From a phage: a stretch of DNA of 64,000 bases. Below the pieces are notes generated by a model. That model did no database searches. It saw only the letters and a list, made by a program, of their open reading frames with translations, and had not been told where the DNA came from. The stretch's first letter is position 1. The number at the start of each line of letters is the position of its first letter. This document shows, one piece after another, positions 45,379 to 55,390 of this stretch. Made by a program: the position numbers and the translations under genes. The stretch is from assembly GCA_024673055.1 (NCBI GenBank), contig GCA_024673055.1_4537.1. One strand, 5' to 3'.

Positions 45379-47403
45379 TTATCGTGTTACAACAACCATG
45401 TCCACGACATTACCCACACCAGGATACGTTAATTGCAAAATTGTTACTGCGTTAGCAGTAGTTGCTATTTCTGTATCATTCAGTGCTCCATAAGACGCAT
45501 CTAGTGTAACCGTGTGTCCCGTTGTATCTTGAATCAAATAAATCATTGCTGAAAACGCTTTAGGCTTTGTAGAGCCAGTGACACCAGGCCATGCTCCAAC
45601 TGTTAAAGCATCGGTTACTGTAACAACATACATATTGGAAGTTCCAGAAGGAGTCCAAGATGCTCCAGAGTTGGCAGTAGTTGTTTCAAGTTCCATGAAA
45701 CCTGCTGTAACTCTAGTTGGTGTTATAGCTTCCGTAGGATCTGATCCTGATATTTCAATCCAGTTCCCATCAGAACGACCATACGTCAAGCCGTCTTGAG
45801 GTGCTTCTGGTATACTAGGAAGAGTTCCTATAAGTGTCCAAGTAGAAGAATCTGTTTTCTTGAACACTGCTCCAGTGGTAGTATTGAAGGCGTAATCATT
45901 GATAACACCGTCTCCTGCGACTGGATTAGTTGTTGCTACAAACCACTGTGCGCCGTCCTTACCGTTGGTCCCATCAGTACCGTTGGTTCCGTTTGTTCCA
46001 GGATCACCCTTATCTCCTTTATCCCCTTTTTCACCTTTGTCGCCTTTAATACTTCCCATGTCAATAAAAGATGCGGAATTGGTGTCTTGATCGTAGGTAT
46101 AGATGTAAAGATTACTAGTGTCTTCAGTTAAATAGGCATCGCCATAGTTATTATAAACAGGGAGAGCTTCACTGTTCGGAACATGACCTTTAGCTGTAAT
46201 TGATGTTCCTCCAAGACTGCCAACATTCATCCATTCCGTAGCATCTTGAACCCAAACATATAAATCATTATTAATTTTATATGCATCACCCACTTCTCCG
46301 GTAGGAGGAAGTTCAGCTTCACTGTTCAGAACCCCGATAATATCTAAGCCTGATCCTGTTGCACCCACTGGTCCTTGTGGACCTAGTTCACCTTGTGGAC
46401 CTCGCTCTCCTTGATCACCCTTGTCTCCTTTTGGACCTTTAAGTGAGGCAATAAAATCTACTTCTGTCCCTTCATTACCAGCATCCAGCCAACTTTGATA
46501 TGCAGATTTCCCTTCATCTCCATCTGTTCCATCAAGACCGTCTTTACCTGCCTCACCTTGTGGACCTTGAGGACCAACAATATTACCCATGTTGACCCAA
46601 GCTGTCCCATTAGAAACATAAAGATTACCATTGATAGAATAAGCTTGACTTACGTTTTCAGAGTTTGGTTGTGGTAAGTTACTTGTAGAAGGCAAATCCC
46701 CACGATAATCAAAACCGTTGGCGTTAACACCAGGTGCTCCCTGTGGCCCTGTAGGACCAACATCACCTTTATCACCTTTTATAGAGGTAAGAAAATCATA
46801 AACAGATCCTGTATTACCATCTGCCAACCATACCTCGTAAGCTGATTTACCTTCTGGCCCAAGAGAAGAAATAAGTTTCCAAACAGAACCATCCCAAGCG
46901 TAGATTACATCACCTACGATATAACCATCCCCTGCAACGTTACCTGTGGATGGTAGTTCACTAGTGCTTGCTAATGATCCTTTAATATTAAGTTGAGCAC
47001 CAGTATCCCCTTTCAAAGAAGCAAGCCATTGTGCTTCTGTTCCAACAAAACCATTATCAAGCGCGATCTGATAAGCCGATTTACCAGCTTCAGGTATTGT
47101 TTCCGACAGATCATCAATCTGTTGCTGCATTGCCGTAAACTTGGCATTGATAATTGCTATATCATCAGCGGTCCCAACACTTTGCCATGCAAGGGAAGAA
47201 ATACCACCTGTGGTGGCTGGCGTAGAGTTTGCTGGAACAACTTTAGGAAAAGTTCCTTTCCATTGGTAATAATTCCCTTCTGCTGCTAACAGCAAAACTT
47301 CACGGGAATTACGTAATGTAAAACCTGCCTCAAAGCTGCGACGTTTTCGATAAGTAGCTTCTACCAGATCGGCTATCGCACTATTAGGTCTTGTTAAATT
47401 CAT
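45379..47403 (-). CDS. collagen-like tail fibre protein
   Basis: Gly-X-Y runs (GPQGPQGEAGKDGLDGTDG; GDKGEKGDKGDKGDPGTNGTNG); three repeats of GKSAY(Q/E).W...G..G.....(F/W)L.S(L/I)KG; N-terminal W.G.FPK.VPA.STP module. Confidence 0.8.
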   Translation of the reverse strand: MNLTRPNSAIADLVEATYRKRRSFEAGFTLRNSREVLLLAAEGNYYQWKGTFPKVVPANSTPATTGGISSLAWQSVGTADDIAIINAKFTAMQQQIDDLSETIPEAGKSAYQIALDNGFVGTEAQWLASLKGDTGAQLNIKGSLASTSELPSTGNVAGDGYIVGDVIYAWDGSVWKLISSLGPEGKSAYEVWLADGNTGSVYDFLTSIKGDKGDVGPTGPQGAPGVNANGFDYRGDLPSTSNLPQPNSENVSQAYSINGNLYVSNGTAWVNMGNIVGPQGPQGEAGKDGLDGTDGDEGKSAYQSWLDAGNEGTEVDFIASLKGPKGDKGDQGERGPQGELGPQGPVGATGSGLDIIGVLNSEAELPPTGEVGDAYKINNDLYVWVQDATEWMNVGSLGGTSITAKGHVPNSEALPVYNNYGDAYLTEDTSNLYIYTYDQDTNSASFIDMGSIKGDKGEKGDKGDKGDPGTNGTNGTDGTNGKDGAQWFVATTNPVAGDGVINDYAFNTTTGAVFKKTDSSTWTLIGTLPSIPEAPQDGLTYGRSDGNWIEISGSDPTEAITPTRVTAGFMELETTTANSGASWTPSGTSNMYVVTVTDALTVGAWPGVTGSTKPKAFSAMIYLIQDTTGHTVTLDASYGALNDTEIATTANAVTILQLTYPGVGNVVDMVVVTR

Positions 47404-47430
47404 TTATCTCTCCTATCATTAGACCATTCT

Positions 47431-47459
47431 ATTGGAAGAAGAGGGGGAATCCCCCCTCT
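47431..47459 (-). terminator. Rho-independent terminator (GAGGGGG-AATC-CCCCCTC)
   Basis: Hairpin downstream of 47466 gene on minus strand. Confidence 0.5.
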
Positions 47460-47465
47460 ATTCCA

Positions 47466-50400
47466 TTAGGTTGTTGGCACATCTACTACTGGCGTTGGGC
47501 GAATAACCGCAGTATTACCTACAGAAACATTACTGGAATCATTAGGTATGGTTTTAATTCTAACTCCAGCACTTGTAGGCGTTACAATTGGATCTGCAAT
47601 GTCTATTTTAACTGGGTTAGTCCACGTATCATTATCTTGATAAGGTGCACGAGTAATAACTGTGTCCAAATCTGCTCCACCTACACCAGCGCCAGGAATA
47701 CGGATACGTGTCCCTGCTGACAGAGGGTAATGATACAACCAAGAAGCATTTGTTGCTGTCCCGTTAGGAGTCAAGTTCTGTGTCAGGAAGGTATCTCCTG
47801 CCTGTGTAGCTCGAATACCGAAAGCTGGAATATCTGGAATATATGCCCCACTTGTTGTTACAAGGAAGAACGTATTATCCGCCTTGACTATCATATCACC
47901 TTTGTCAAACTCTTTCCCTGTTGGGAAATGCATTCCATCAATGTTTCGACTAGGATTAGGCTCTAAGTAATAAACTTTGCCCGTTGTCCCTACAATAGCT
48001 CCAATACCACCTGCGATATTGGTATACATATTAGCTTCAACATTACAGTTGACACGATGAATATCCGAGTAACGGCAACGGCTCCACTGTGGACGACCAG
48101 TAACCATCGTCTTGCCATCTGGGTAACAGTTTACGTTAACCATTTCAAGAACAGATTTTTCTCTACGGAAGAATCCATCATAAAATGTCCCTGGACCAGA
48201 TTCAGGTTGACCAACACAATCGAAGATATTACAGGTGATATTAGACATTGAAAGCCAAGAAGCTATACCGAACAACTGCAATGCAGCGCAACGAATATTT
48301 TCAAAGCTAACTCTGTTTTCATAACCTGGCCCAGCGGAAACTCCCGCAAAAACACGCCCAGTTTTGGTGTGAATGTTACGAACAGAATAGTTAAAACATG
48401 GATTTGAAGGTCTGCCCTGTGCCGGAACTACCGGATTACCCTCTTCGTCCAGAACTGCGTTAGTTCCCCACTCCAAATAAATCATACGGATATTACTTGC
48501 AAGTGTGCTACCGTCTGTTTTAGGCTCTCCATAAACACCGTCAATCGTAAAATCTTTACTTCCGTACATTACAACTGCGCCAGTTGCCAAACCTGTCCCA
48601 ACAGATACAGTCTGATCTGGATCGCCATGAATGTTTTCGATAGAGATATTACGACCAACTTCTACGTGGACAATCTGACGACAACGTTTTGCAAAAACGT
48701 TACGAATTGTAATATTCTTGCAATATTGATCATCAGGGATTCCGTAACCATATGGTCCTTTACCAGCTACACCGATACCGATACCCCAGTTGGACAGAGG
48801 AATAGGAGCGTTAGTCCCATCGATATTAGACAGGTAAATATTCTCAATCACACAACCATCGTCATAATGTTTATTGATGACGTTCAGTTCTATTGCATCA
48901 CCTTGCATGTCCATGAAGGTAAGGTTACGGAAGACACCACGTGTTACTGGTTCCCCTGTTCCTTGTTGAAGGATGCCATACAACCCGTTTTTAAAAGTAC
49001 AGTTATCAATTTCAAAAGTACCTGATATTGGGTTGCCTTGGAATACCAAGCTACCAACTTGACCTGCGCGAGGAGCACCGTCCCACAAACAATCGAACAT
49101 GCGCACAGCACCACCCCAATACATAACACGAGAGTTACGGAAAGTTGTGCCTTCTACTGTAGCATTTTGCACACGATAGTCGCGTTGACCACGGAACACA
49201 CCCCCACGCAAAGTGATACCTTGAATATCAAAAGAGCTTGTCGTGAAAGTCATATCGCAACCGTAAGCATCGAGAATCTTGCTTTTCGAAGCTTTTGCTG
49301 CTAACAGTGCCGCTTGGAAAGCTGCTTCTGGTGTGGTATAGGTAGTTGTATTGTTAGCAAATTCGGACAAGTAGACAACATCGAATAAATCGTTGTATGT
49401 TCCACCACGAGGGGTTAACAGTCCTTCTGTATTAGTCAGAACCCATGCATTTGGACCTAATCCTCCGCTCGTCTCCAAGGTATCGGAAGCCAAAATACTT
49501 TTTGGTAAACTTCCAGCCCAACGATAACGACCAGCGCCACGTCCAATCGTCTGATTTTTAGCTGTCAGAGTTACATTATTACCAAAGCTTGTAGGCAAAT
49601 GAACAAACTGTCCACGCTCAACAGCCAGTGCAGAAAGGTCTACAGATCCTCCAGAATAAGTCATTACTCCAGAAATAGACAAGGATGTTAAAGTGCCTGT
49701 AATGTTAGGAGGTAATGTGTAGGAAGACTGCGCTACCGGATCATACAGAGCTTTAATCCCTGTTAACGATTGACCTGCTGTTGCGTAAGCCACCTCATCA
49801 TCTAACAAACCATACTTACGAGCAATAGTTTGCAGAGGGACTTTATCCATGCTTTCTGTTAGTTCTTCCGTTTTTGTTTCTAAACTAACAAGACGGTTCT
49901 CTAGATTAGGATCTGTATCTGCTGAAGCTACGATTTTGCCAATATAAGCAAAAAGTTTGTTTGGCAGTCCTGTTGCAGGATCGTGTCCCAAAGGTTCAGA
50001 TAAGATGATCTTACTATCTTCTATACGGAAAGCTTCCCCCAGAACCTGAATAACACCATTGATCGTAACAATAGCACTATCAAAGATGTAAGGAGGACTA
50101 ATTACTGTTTCATAACCAGTTGCACCAGAATATACCCAAGGGGTGACTTCTGTTGCCAATTGTTCTGTCTTCAGTCCCCACAATACCCAGTTGTTATCTC
50201 CTACTGGAGTCCCTTGCATAGGGATTGGGTTAACCAATGTAGCGTTAGGGGCATAGTAATAACCGCTCAATACTCCATTCTGGAAATAACGAAGTTGGTT
50301 AAAAACTGTTTCGTTTGTGCCTTGCGCCCAATCCAATGGGCTTTTAAAGAAAAAGTTGTCAACAAGGGCTTTTCTCAGGGTTGGTATCAACCCTGATTCT

Positions 50401-50519
50401 GTTTCAATACTCTCTGTAGCACTTCCATTAATAACATCATGGAGTTGGTTAGATGAGAAAATAACCAGGTCTACGCCCTGTTCGAGAGACGTTGCTGGAT
50501 ATGTTGGGAATGTTGCCAT
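47466..50519 (-). CDS. tailspike/tail fibre protein with right-handed beta-helix (pectin-lyase-like) domain
   Basis: Periodic N/G/I/V-rich repeats typical of parallel beta-helix (e.g. NITIRNVFAKRCRQIVHVEVGRNISIENIHG). Confidence 0.7.
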   Translation of the reverse strand: MATFPTYPATSLEQGVDLVIFSSNQLHDVINGSATESIETESGLIPTLRKALVDNFFFKSPLDWAQGTNETVFNQLRYFQNGVLSGYYYAPNATLVNPIPMQGTPVGDNNWVLWGLKTEQLATEVTPWVYSGATGYETVISPPYIFDSAIVTINGVIQVLGEAFRIEDSKIILSEPLGHDPATGLPNKLFAYIGKIVASADTDPNLENRLVSLETKTEELTESMDKVPLQTIARKYGLLDDEVAYATAGQSLTGIKALYDPVAQSSYTLPPNITGTLTSLSISGVMTYSGGSVDLSALAVERGQFVHLPTSFGNNVTLTAKNQTIGRGAGRYRWAGSLPKSILASDTLETSGGLGPNAWVLTNTEGLLTPRGGTYNDLFDVVYLSEFANNTTTYTTPEAAFQAALLAAKASKSKILDAYGCDMTFTTSSFDIQGITLRGGVFRGQRDYRVQNATVEGTTFRNSRVMYWGGAVRMFDCLWDGAPRAGQVGSLVFQGNPISGTFEIDNCTFKNGLYGILQQGTGEPVTRGVFRNLTFMDMQGDAIELNVINKHYDDGCVIENIYLSNIDGTNAPIPLSNWGIGIGVAGKGPYGYGIPDDQYCKNITIRNVFAKRCRQIVHVEVGRNISIENIHGDPDQTVSVGTGLATGAVVMYGSKDFTIDGVYGEPKTDGSTLASNIRMIYLEWGTNAVLDEEGNPVVPAQGRPSNPCFNYSVRNIHTKTGRVFAGVSAGPGYENRVSFENIRCAALQLFGIASWLSMSNITCNIFDCVGQPESGPGTFYDGFFRREKSVLEMVNVNCYPDGKTMVTGRPQWSRCRYSDIHRVNCNVEANMYTNIAGGIGAIVGTTGKVYYLEPNPSRNIDGMHFPTGKEFDKGDMIVKADNTFFLVTTSGAYIPDIPAFGIRATQAGDTFLTQNLTPNGTATNASWLYHYPLSAGTRIRIPGAGVGGADLDTVITRAPYQDNDTWTNPVKIDIADPIVTPTSAGVRIKTIPNDSSNVSVGNTAVIRPTPVVDVPTT

Positions 50520-50522
50520 TAA

Positions 50523-50858
50523 TTACCCCTTATTCTGTGTACGTTTAACTATGTCATCTAGCATCATTTGGATAGTCGCATTCTTGAGGTCCATAATCTT
50601 TTCAATTTTTTGCTCAAGGGTGTTATTATTTGCCATTAATGTAGAGTTAATTTGATTTAGCATCTGGGTAAGTTCGGCTTTAGTTGCATAAGTTGATTCA
50701 ACAAAGACCAACTTCTTCTCTAGCTCTCGACTTTTCTCCTCCATTTCCTCAAGATCAGAGCCGAATTTATCCATTTTTTGTTTGAAAAAGAACCAGATGA
50801 CTCCGATTAAAGGGATTATTGCATCCTTTGCAAGTCCCCATGCTTCTTGAAATTCCAT
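50523..50858 (-). CDS. membrane-anchored coiled-coil protein (111 aa)
   Basis: N-terminal hydrophobic helix IIPLIGVIWFFF then coiled-coil-like sequence. Confidence 0.45.
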   Translation of the reverse strand: MEFQEAWGLAKDAIIPLIGVIWFFFKQKMDKFGSDLEEMEEKSRELEKKLVFVESTYATKAELTQMLNQINSTLMANNNTLEQKIEKIMDLKNATIQMMLDDIVKRTQNKG

Positions 50859-50867
50859 AGTGATCCC

Positions 50868-51413
50868 TTATTTTGTCGGTAATGTAGGCCAATCTATAGC
50901 GTAAGGATAGTCTTTTTGAAGCGGAACACGATTTAGTTTAACTACATAAACTTGAAGATTTTTAAGATAAGCTAATTCGTCTTCAGTAGCCATTTCTAAA
51001 TCTTTAGCATACTGTAAAGGTGTTATAAGTGCTACCGCTGTTTCTTGTAAAGAGCGAATTTTTGCACTAGCTTGTGTCATCAACTCTTCACGGGAATACT
51101 CTTTATCCTTAAGAGTTAAGGTTTCTAAATCCAGAACCTTGTTCCTAATATCCTCAAAAGTATCTATATTAAAGTCTACTTGTGCTATAGAAAGATCTTC
51201 AGGGCAAAGTAGTGTAGGATCAGTATTCCAAAACACAATACGATTTTGATCATCAAAAACGACTTTCATTTTATCGTTATTGAATTCTGTGCTACGTAAA
51301 TCATACCAATCGTAACCTTGATCGCAACGAAGAAAAAGAATGTTCTCTGCTTCTACCAATTCTTTTAGTTCAGGGTCTTCAGGAATATATTTTTTAAAGT
51401 TTGTAAATATCAT
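50868..51413 (-). CDS. tail fibre assembly chaperone (Tfa-like)
   Basis: C-terminal ...LAYLKNLQVYVVKLNRV...YAIDWPTLP resembles Tfa C-terminal motif. Confidence 0.5.
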   Translation of the reverse strand: MIFTNFKKYIPEDPELKELVEAENILFLRCDQGYDWYDLRSTEFNNDKMKVVFDDQNRIVFWNTDPTLLCPEDLSIAQVDFNIDTFEDIRNKVLDLETLTLKDKEYSREELMTQASAKIRSLQETAVALITPLQYAKDLEMATEDELAYLKNLQVYVVKLNRVPLQKDYPYAIDWPTLPTK

Positions 51414-52475
51414 TTAGCCTCCAATATCGTACCAGTTTCCGTTAACGTTGCGCTGGAGGCGTTTGAAGTAAACCCCACCGATGTTATCCGCAGAGCTACG
51501 TCCTGTTTCCTGTACGATAATACCAGAAAGAACATAACCAGAAGAACAGATATAAGTCCAAGAAACTTCGTTCCCTGGTGGATAATACACACCTTGGCTA
51601 GTATAACGAATATCTCTTACAAAGGTTCCGTTAGCATAATTGTAGTTATTTGTAATCTGATTTTGATGATTACTTTCTACATTGTTTATACGGGAAGAGA
51701 GGTTGCTGTTAACACTATTCAGGTTGTTTTGAACAGTGTTAATATTCGTCTGCAATGTGTTCTGAAGAGAAGTCAAACGAGAATTCAGATAATCTAAGCG
51801 AACTAAAGCGTTTCCGTTAGAAGTATCTTGTCCACTGTTTGATCTTGGACTGTCTATTAGAACATAACCTGCATCATATAAACGAACACCTGCCGATACA
51901 TTACCTGTGCTAGGATTTCTACGATAGATGTAAAGCTGACCTCCGCTTTGATACTCGGCAGAAATCTCACCATTTGTTTGTCCTGCGAAGTTTTTGAAGA
52001 ACAGTGTTGCAGGATCTGTTGTGGAAGTACCGTTAACATAAACATCGCCACCATAAATAGCACCACCCGCATCACGTTTTACCAGCACGTTTGGTGTTAC
52101 TGTTGAACTAGTGGCATCTGTAATGTTTGCCGACAAGTGATTATGACTGTTATCTTGAACCTGGATAGATAAAGTAACTTCTTTGTTACCGTTCCAAGTA
52201 GCCTCACCAGTAGCATCACCTGCCATTGTAATCTTAGTTCCCACTAAAGGCAAGTAAGTATCAGGTAAAGTTGGAAGAAAGTCATCCACCAAATAGCGAA
52301 TCCATAAACCGATATTATTAAGAATCCAGTTCATTTCTTCGCAAGTCATGATTTGACCATAATCCATACCAACTGTGCGGATGGTTTCTTTAGGTCTAAT
52401 TTTGTTTGTGTTTAAAGTTCCTGGGAGCGTTACAGTTTGTGTAGCCCAGTCAGGATAATATATTGGCTTCGCCAT
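51414..52475 (-). CDS. tail fibre protein
   Basis: Asn/Ser/Thr-rich repeats (NTLQTNINTVQNNLNSVNSNLSSRINNVESN) and C-terminal globular tip. Confidence 0.6.
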   Translation of the reverse strand: MAKPIYYPDWATQTVTLPGTLNTNKIRPKETIRTVGMDYGQIMTCEEMNWILNNIGLWIRYLVDDFLPTLPDTYLPLVGTKITMAGDATGEATWNGNKEVTLSIQVQDNSHNHLSANITDATSSTVTPNVLVKRDAGGAIYGGDVYVNGTSTTDPATLFFKNFAGQTNGEISAEYQSGGQLYIYRRNPSTGNVSAGVRLYDAGYVLIDSPRSNSGQDTSNGNALVRLDYLNSRLTSLQNTLQTNINTVQNNLNSVNSNLSSRINNVESNHQNQITNNYNYANGTFVRDIRYTSQGVYYPPGNEVSWTYICSSGYVLSGIIVQETGRSSADNIGGVYFKRLQRNVNGNWYDIGG

Positions 52476-52484
52476 TTAAACTCC

Positions 52485-53114
52485 TTAATCTATTTGCTTG
52501 AGAAGCGTACACATGCGTCCTGTTTCATCCCCAGTAGATTCCATGTACAGGGAACCTAAACCACCAATACCATGAGGCGGTTTGGTAGCATAATAAGAAC
52601 TAAAACCAAAAGCTGATCCTGCTTTTGCTCCAAGACGGTAGCTACTAATAATAGGGAAAACACTTAGCAACTGCTCTAAAGCTTGATCAGATTGAAGACA
52701 CAGGTTGTAGAAAAACACATCAAAGGTTTTATTCAAACCTACGTAAGTATTAAGCGTTTCACGTTCTGTTCCTGTGAAACGGGCGAAGATATCAATTATG
52801 TCACCACGAGTCCCCGATGAGGCTACGCGGTAAGCCCTGATTTTTAATATTGTTCTATACTCTTCATCATCAGAGCCATTACGTTCGATCCCCATTTCTT
52901 CCCCTAGAATATCTAGGTATTTGCCTGTGGCTGTAGAGATCAAGCGGTGTTTAGCAAGATAGATCATTGCCTGATCTATCTTTTGCTTTTCACTGGATAC
53001 GATGTAGAGGAGCTTGACAATGTTAGGAGAAGATTTAAAATCTTCAATCAGAAGGTTTTTAACGTCTTCATTGATACTGGCCCAAGTTGTTACATGGTCA
53101 ACACTCACTGCCAT
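52485..53114 (-). CDS. baseplate-associated protein (209 aa)
   Basis: Position between J-like and tail fibre genes. Confidence 0.45.
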   Translation of the reverse strand: MAVSVDHVTTWASINEDVKNLLIEDFKSSPNIVKLLYIVSSEKQKIDQAMIYLAKHRLISTATGKYLDILGEEMGIERNGSDDEEYRTILKIRAYRVASSGTRGDIIDIFARFTGTERETLNTYVGLNKTFDVFFYNLCLQSDQALEQLLSVFPIISSYRLGAKAGSAFGFSSYYATKPPHGIGGLGSLYMESTGDETGRMCTLLKQID

Positions 53115-53116
53115 TT

Positions 53117-54604
53117 TTACACTCCATACTCGTAAGAAATGTTATCAAGGTCAAAAGAAGGGACAACATTATAAGCAGGAACTATATTATTCTCTGTATA
53201 TTTACTGTCATCCTCAGTATTAAGTTTAACATAAACACGAAGAGAAGTCAAGCGTCCAAAAGCAAGTGCTGCATAAATAACACCTTTGATTTGATCGTTC
53301 GTTACTGAAGAACCTAATTCAAAGTAAGCTTGCAGGTTTTGTAAAGCTTCTACGATGTTTTGTTTTTCTGTTCCACTTAAAGTTGTTCCGTTGACAGTTT
53401 GATAAACAAGTTTTACAGAATACATAGCAGAAGCACCAGGAGAGAAGCGAATAATTTCTTGTCCTCCATCTTCTGTTGTAACTGTTATGTTAGTTGTTCC
53501 GTGTGTCAAAGTGTTGATTGGTTTGGTTTTATAGATAACATTTGCAATTTCTTCTGCACTGCCACCATAAACTATGGTCTGGAAAGTCATAGCTGGAGCA
53601 TGTTCTTGATCGTGTAATGTGGGGTTATCGTAGATTTTCACTTTGGTAACACCATCTGTAAGCAGTAGTGCTTTCACAATAGCTGCTCGTGTCCCCGCAT
53701 TAGCTTCATCAACGTTGTCATTGAAACGAGAGCGGAATTCTGCGTCTGTCTCAACATCCCGACCAGGAGAAAATGAATAAAAGTTACCACTGTCAAGATA
53801 ACCTGTAAAGGTAGAAGATATCCCTGTAATAGACTCCACACCAACAGGATTGTATCCTTTCTCTGCTGCAACTACTGGAATTTCACTCCATTTGGTTCCA
53901 ACTGGAACACTGGCATAAAATTTGATAGGAGTTACTAGTCCCACTGGAGTATCGCTGGTTAAAGAAGTAAAACCAATTGATAAGTTACCTGAATCAGAAA
54001 ATACAAGACTACGATCAGCTTCTGTTAAATTCGCCTTGATAAAAGTTTCAAGATCGGCTATAAATGTAGAAGAACCAGGTGCAAGTGTTTTACTGTTTAA
54101 TCCTCCGTCTACCGCACTTTGTGCATAAAAAGTAATATTTGGAACACCTGTAGCAGTTGCATTAGCACGAGAGATTTGATAAGCTGCAATCTTAGCATTC
54201 AACATAGTTGGTGTGCTAACATAGTAGTTCATATCACTGTCAGAGTTGAAGTAAATATCCGTGCCTAGTTCATAAGTCCAAGCTGCTTTGTTATTACTCT
54301 TAACATATGCATAACCTGTACTTGCTGCTGCACCTGCTCGATAGAAACCGCGTTTAGAAAAGATTTCATCAAGATAAATACCTTCTGCACCATCCAGTGT
54401 TTGAGTATTATAAACACCTTGCATACCTTCCCACAATGTGTAATCTGTGTATGCAATTATTCTAAACAGTTGTCCGATCACAGTATCTTCCGAAGTGGCT
54501 GCATCTGCACCAAATGTGTTTTTTACTGCTGTCATGTAGTTGTTTAAAACATCGTCAAAAGTCGGGATTACAAATCCCGCATCTGTCAAACCATATTCGT
54601 CCAT
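53117..54604 (-). CDS. baseplate wedge protein (J/gp6-like), tentative
   Basis: Size, position and general resemblance to baseplate J-like proteins. Confidence 0.45.
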   Translation of the reverse strand: MDEYGLTDAGFVIPTFDDVLNNYMTAVKNTFGADAATSEDTVIGQLFRIIAYTDYTLWEGMQGVYNTQTLDGAEGIYLDEIFSKRGFYRAGAAASTGYAYVKSNNKAAWTYELGTDIYFNSDSDMNYYVSTPTMLNAKIAAYQISRANATATGVPNITFYAQSAVDGGLNSKTLAPGSSTFIADLETFIKANLTEADRSLVFSDSGNLSIGFTSLTSDTPVGLVTPIKFYASVPVGTKWSEIPVVAAEKGYNPVGVESITGISSTFTGYLDSGNFYSFSPGRDVETDAEFRSRFNDNVDEANAGTRAAIVKALLLTDGVTKVKIYDNPTLHDQEHAPAMTFQTIVYGGSAEEIANVIYKTKPINTLTHGTTNITVTTEDGGQEIIRFSPGASAMYSVKLVYQTVNGTTLSGTEKQNIVEALQNLQAYFELGSSVTNDQIKGVIYAALAFGRLTSLRVYVKLNTEDDSKYTENNIVPAYNVVPSFDLDNISYEYGV

Positions 54605-54846
54605 TAGTCATCCTCTTTGGTAGATTGTGATCTGCCCCAGCGTAAATCAATAAGATTTTTCATGAGGCGAGAAGGAGTTATCATGAAAACAAAAGCCCAA
54701 CCCATCCATTCAGGAATTTCTTTTTCTATTCCTAAAAAGATAAACATGCCTGTCATAACCGACATGCCTACAGCGTTCCAGACTTTCGTAGAACTGACTT
54801 TATTATCAGGATATGTACAGAACATACCTATTAAAAATTTTCTCAT
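54604..54846 (-). CDS. small membrane protein (2 TM)
   Basis: Hydrophobic segments; start overlaps upstream stop. Confidence 0.45.
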   Translation of the reverse strand: MRKFLIGMFCTYPDNKVSSTKVWNAVGMSVMTGMFIFLGIEKEIPEWMGWAFVFMITPSRLMKNLIDLRWGRSQSTKEDD

Positions 54847-55151
54847 AGTGCGTTCCCATTACTTTTTAAATCACGAGATACAGCTAATTCCCCAAGGTCT
54901 ACAGAACCCGCTGAATGCACAAGTACAGCAGCACTAAGACTAATGGCAGTAATACCTGAGGCAATATCAGCAGGTAGGGAATACGCCCTTTGCGTCTCCT
55001 TATCATAGATAACCTTATACCCACCCAAATCCACACCAACTGAGAAGTAAACAACCTCAGATTGTTTGACTCCAAAGTAACGGGCTACTGCTTGTTTATT
55101 GGTTAAGATTCCGGTTGAACCTTTACCACCTTGGGAGAACATTTCGTTCAC
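54843..55151 (-). CDS. hypothetical protein (102 aa)
   Basis: ORF downstream of 240-bp non-coding gap. Confidence 0.45.
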   Translation of the reverse strand: MNEMFSQGGKGSTGILTNKQAVARYFGVKQSEVVYFSVGVDLGGYKVIYDKETQRAYSLPADIASGITAISLSAAVLVHSAGSVDLGELAVSRDLKSNGNAL

Positions 55152-55390
55152 AACAACCTCTTTGTTTTTCTAAGTAAGCCCCTCTTTGGAGGGGCTTGCA
55201 GTGGTAGTGACAACACTTTGAGTTAGTACGATAGTAACTAAAGACAAGATTAACCCTGCTACGATATGTTTTCATCATTTTATCACATGGCGATGAGATT
55301 CGCTTGCAGGACATAGTTTGTGTGAGTCGTAATGAAGTCCATGATGTCACATTTATAATTTCCCCGCCGAAGCGGGGTTATTGTTTGCTC

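Noticed and set aside
55190-55260. tRNA-like D-loop sequence GCAGTGGTAG
   Set aside because: No T-loop (GTTCRA) or acceptor-stem pairing could be found around it
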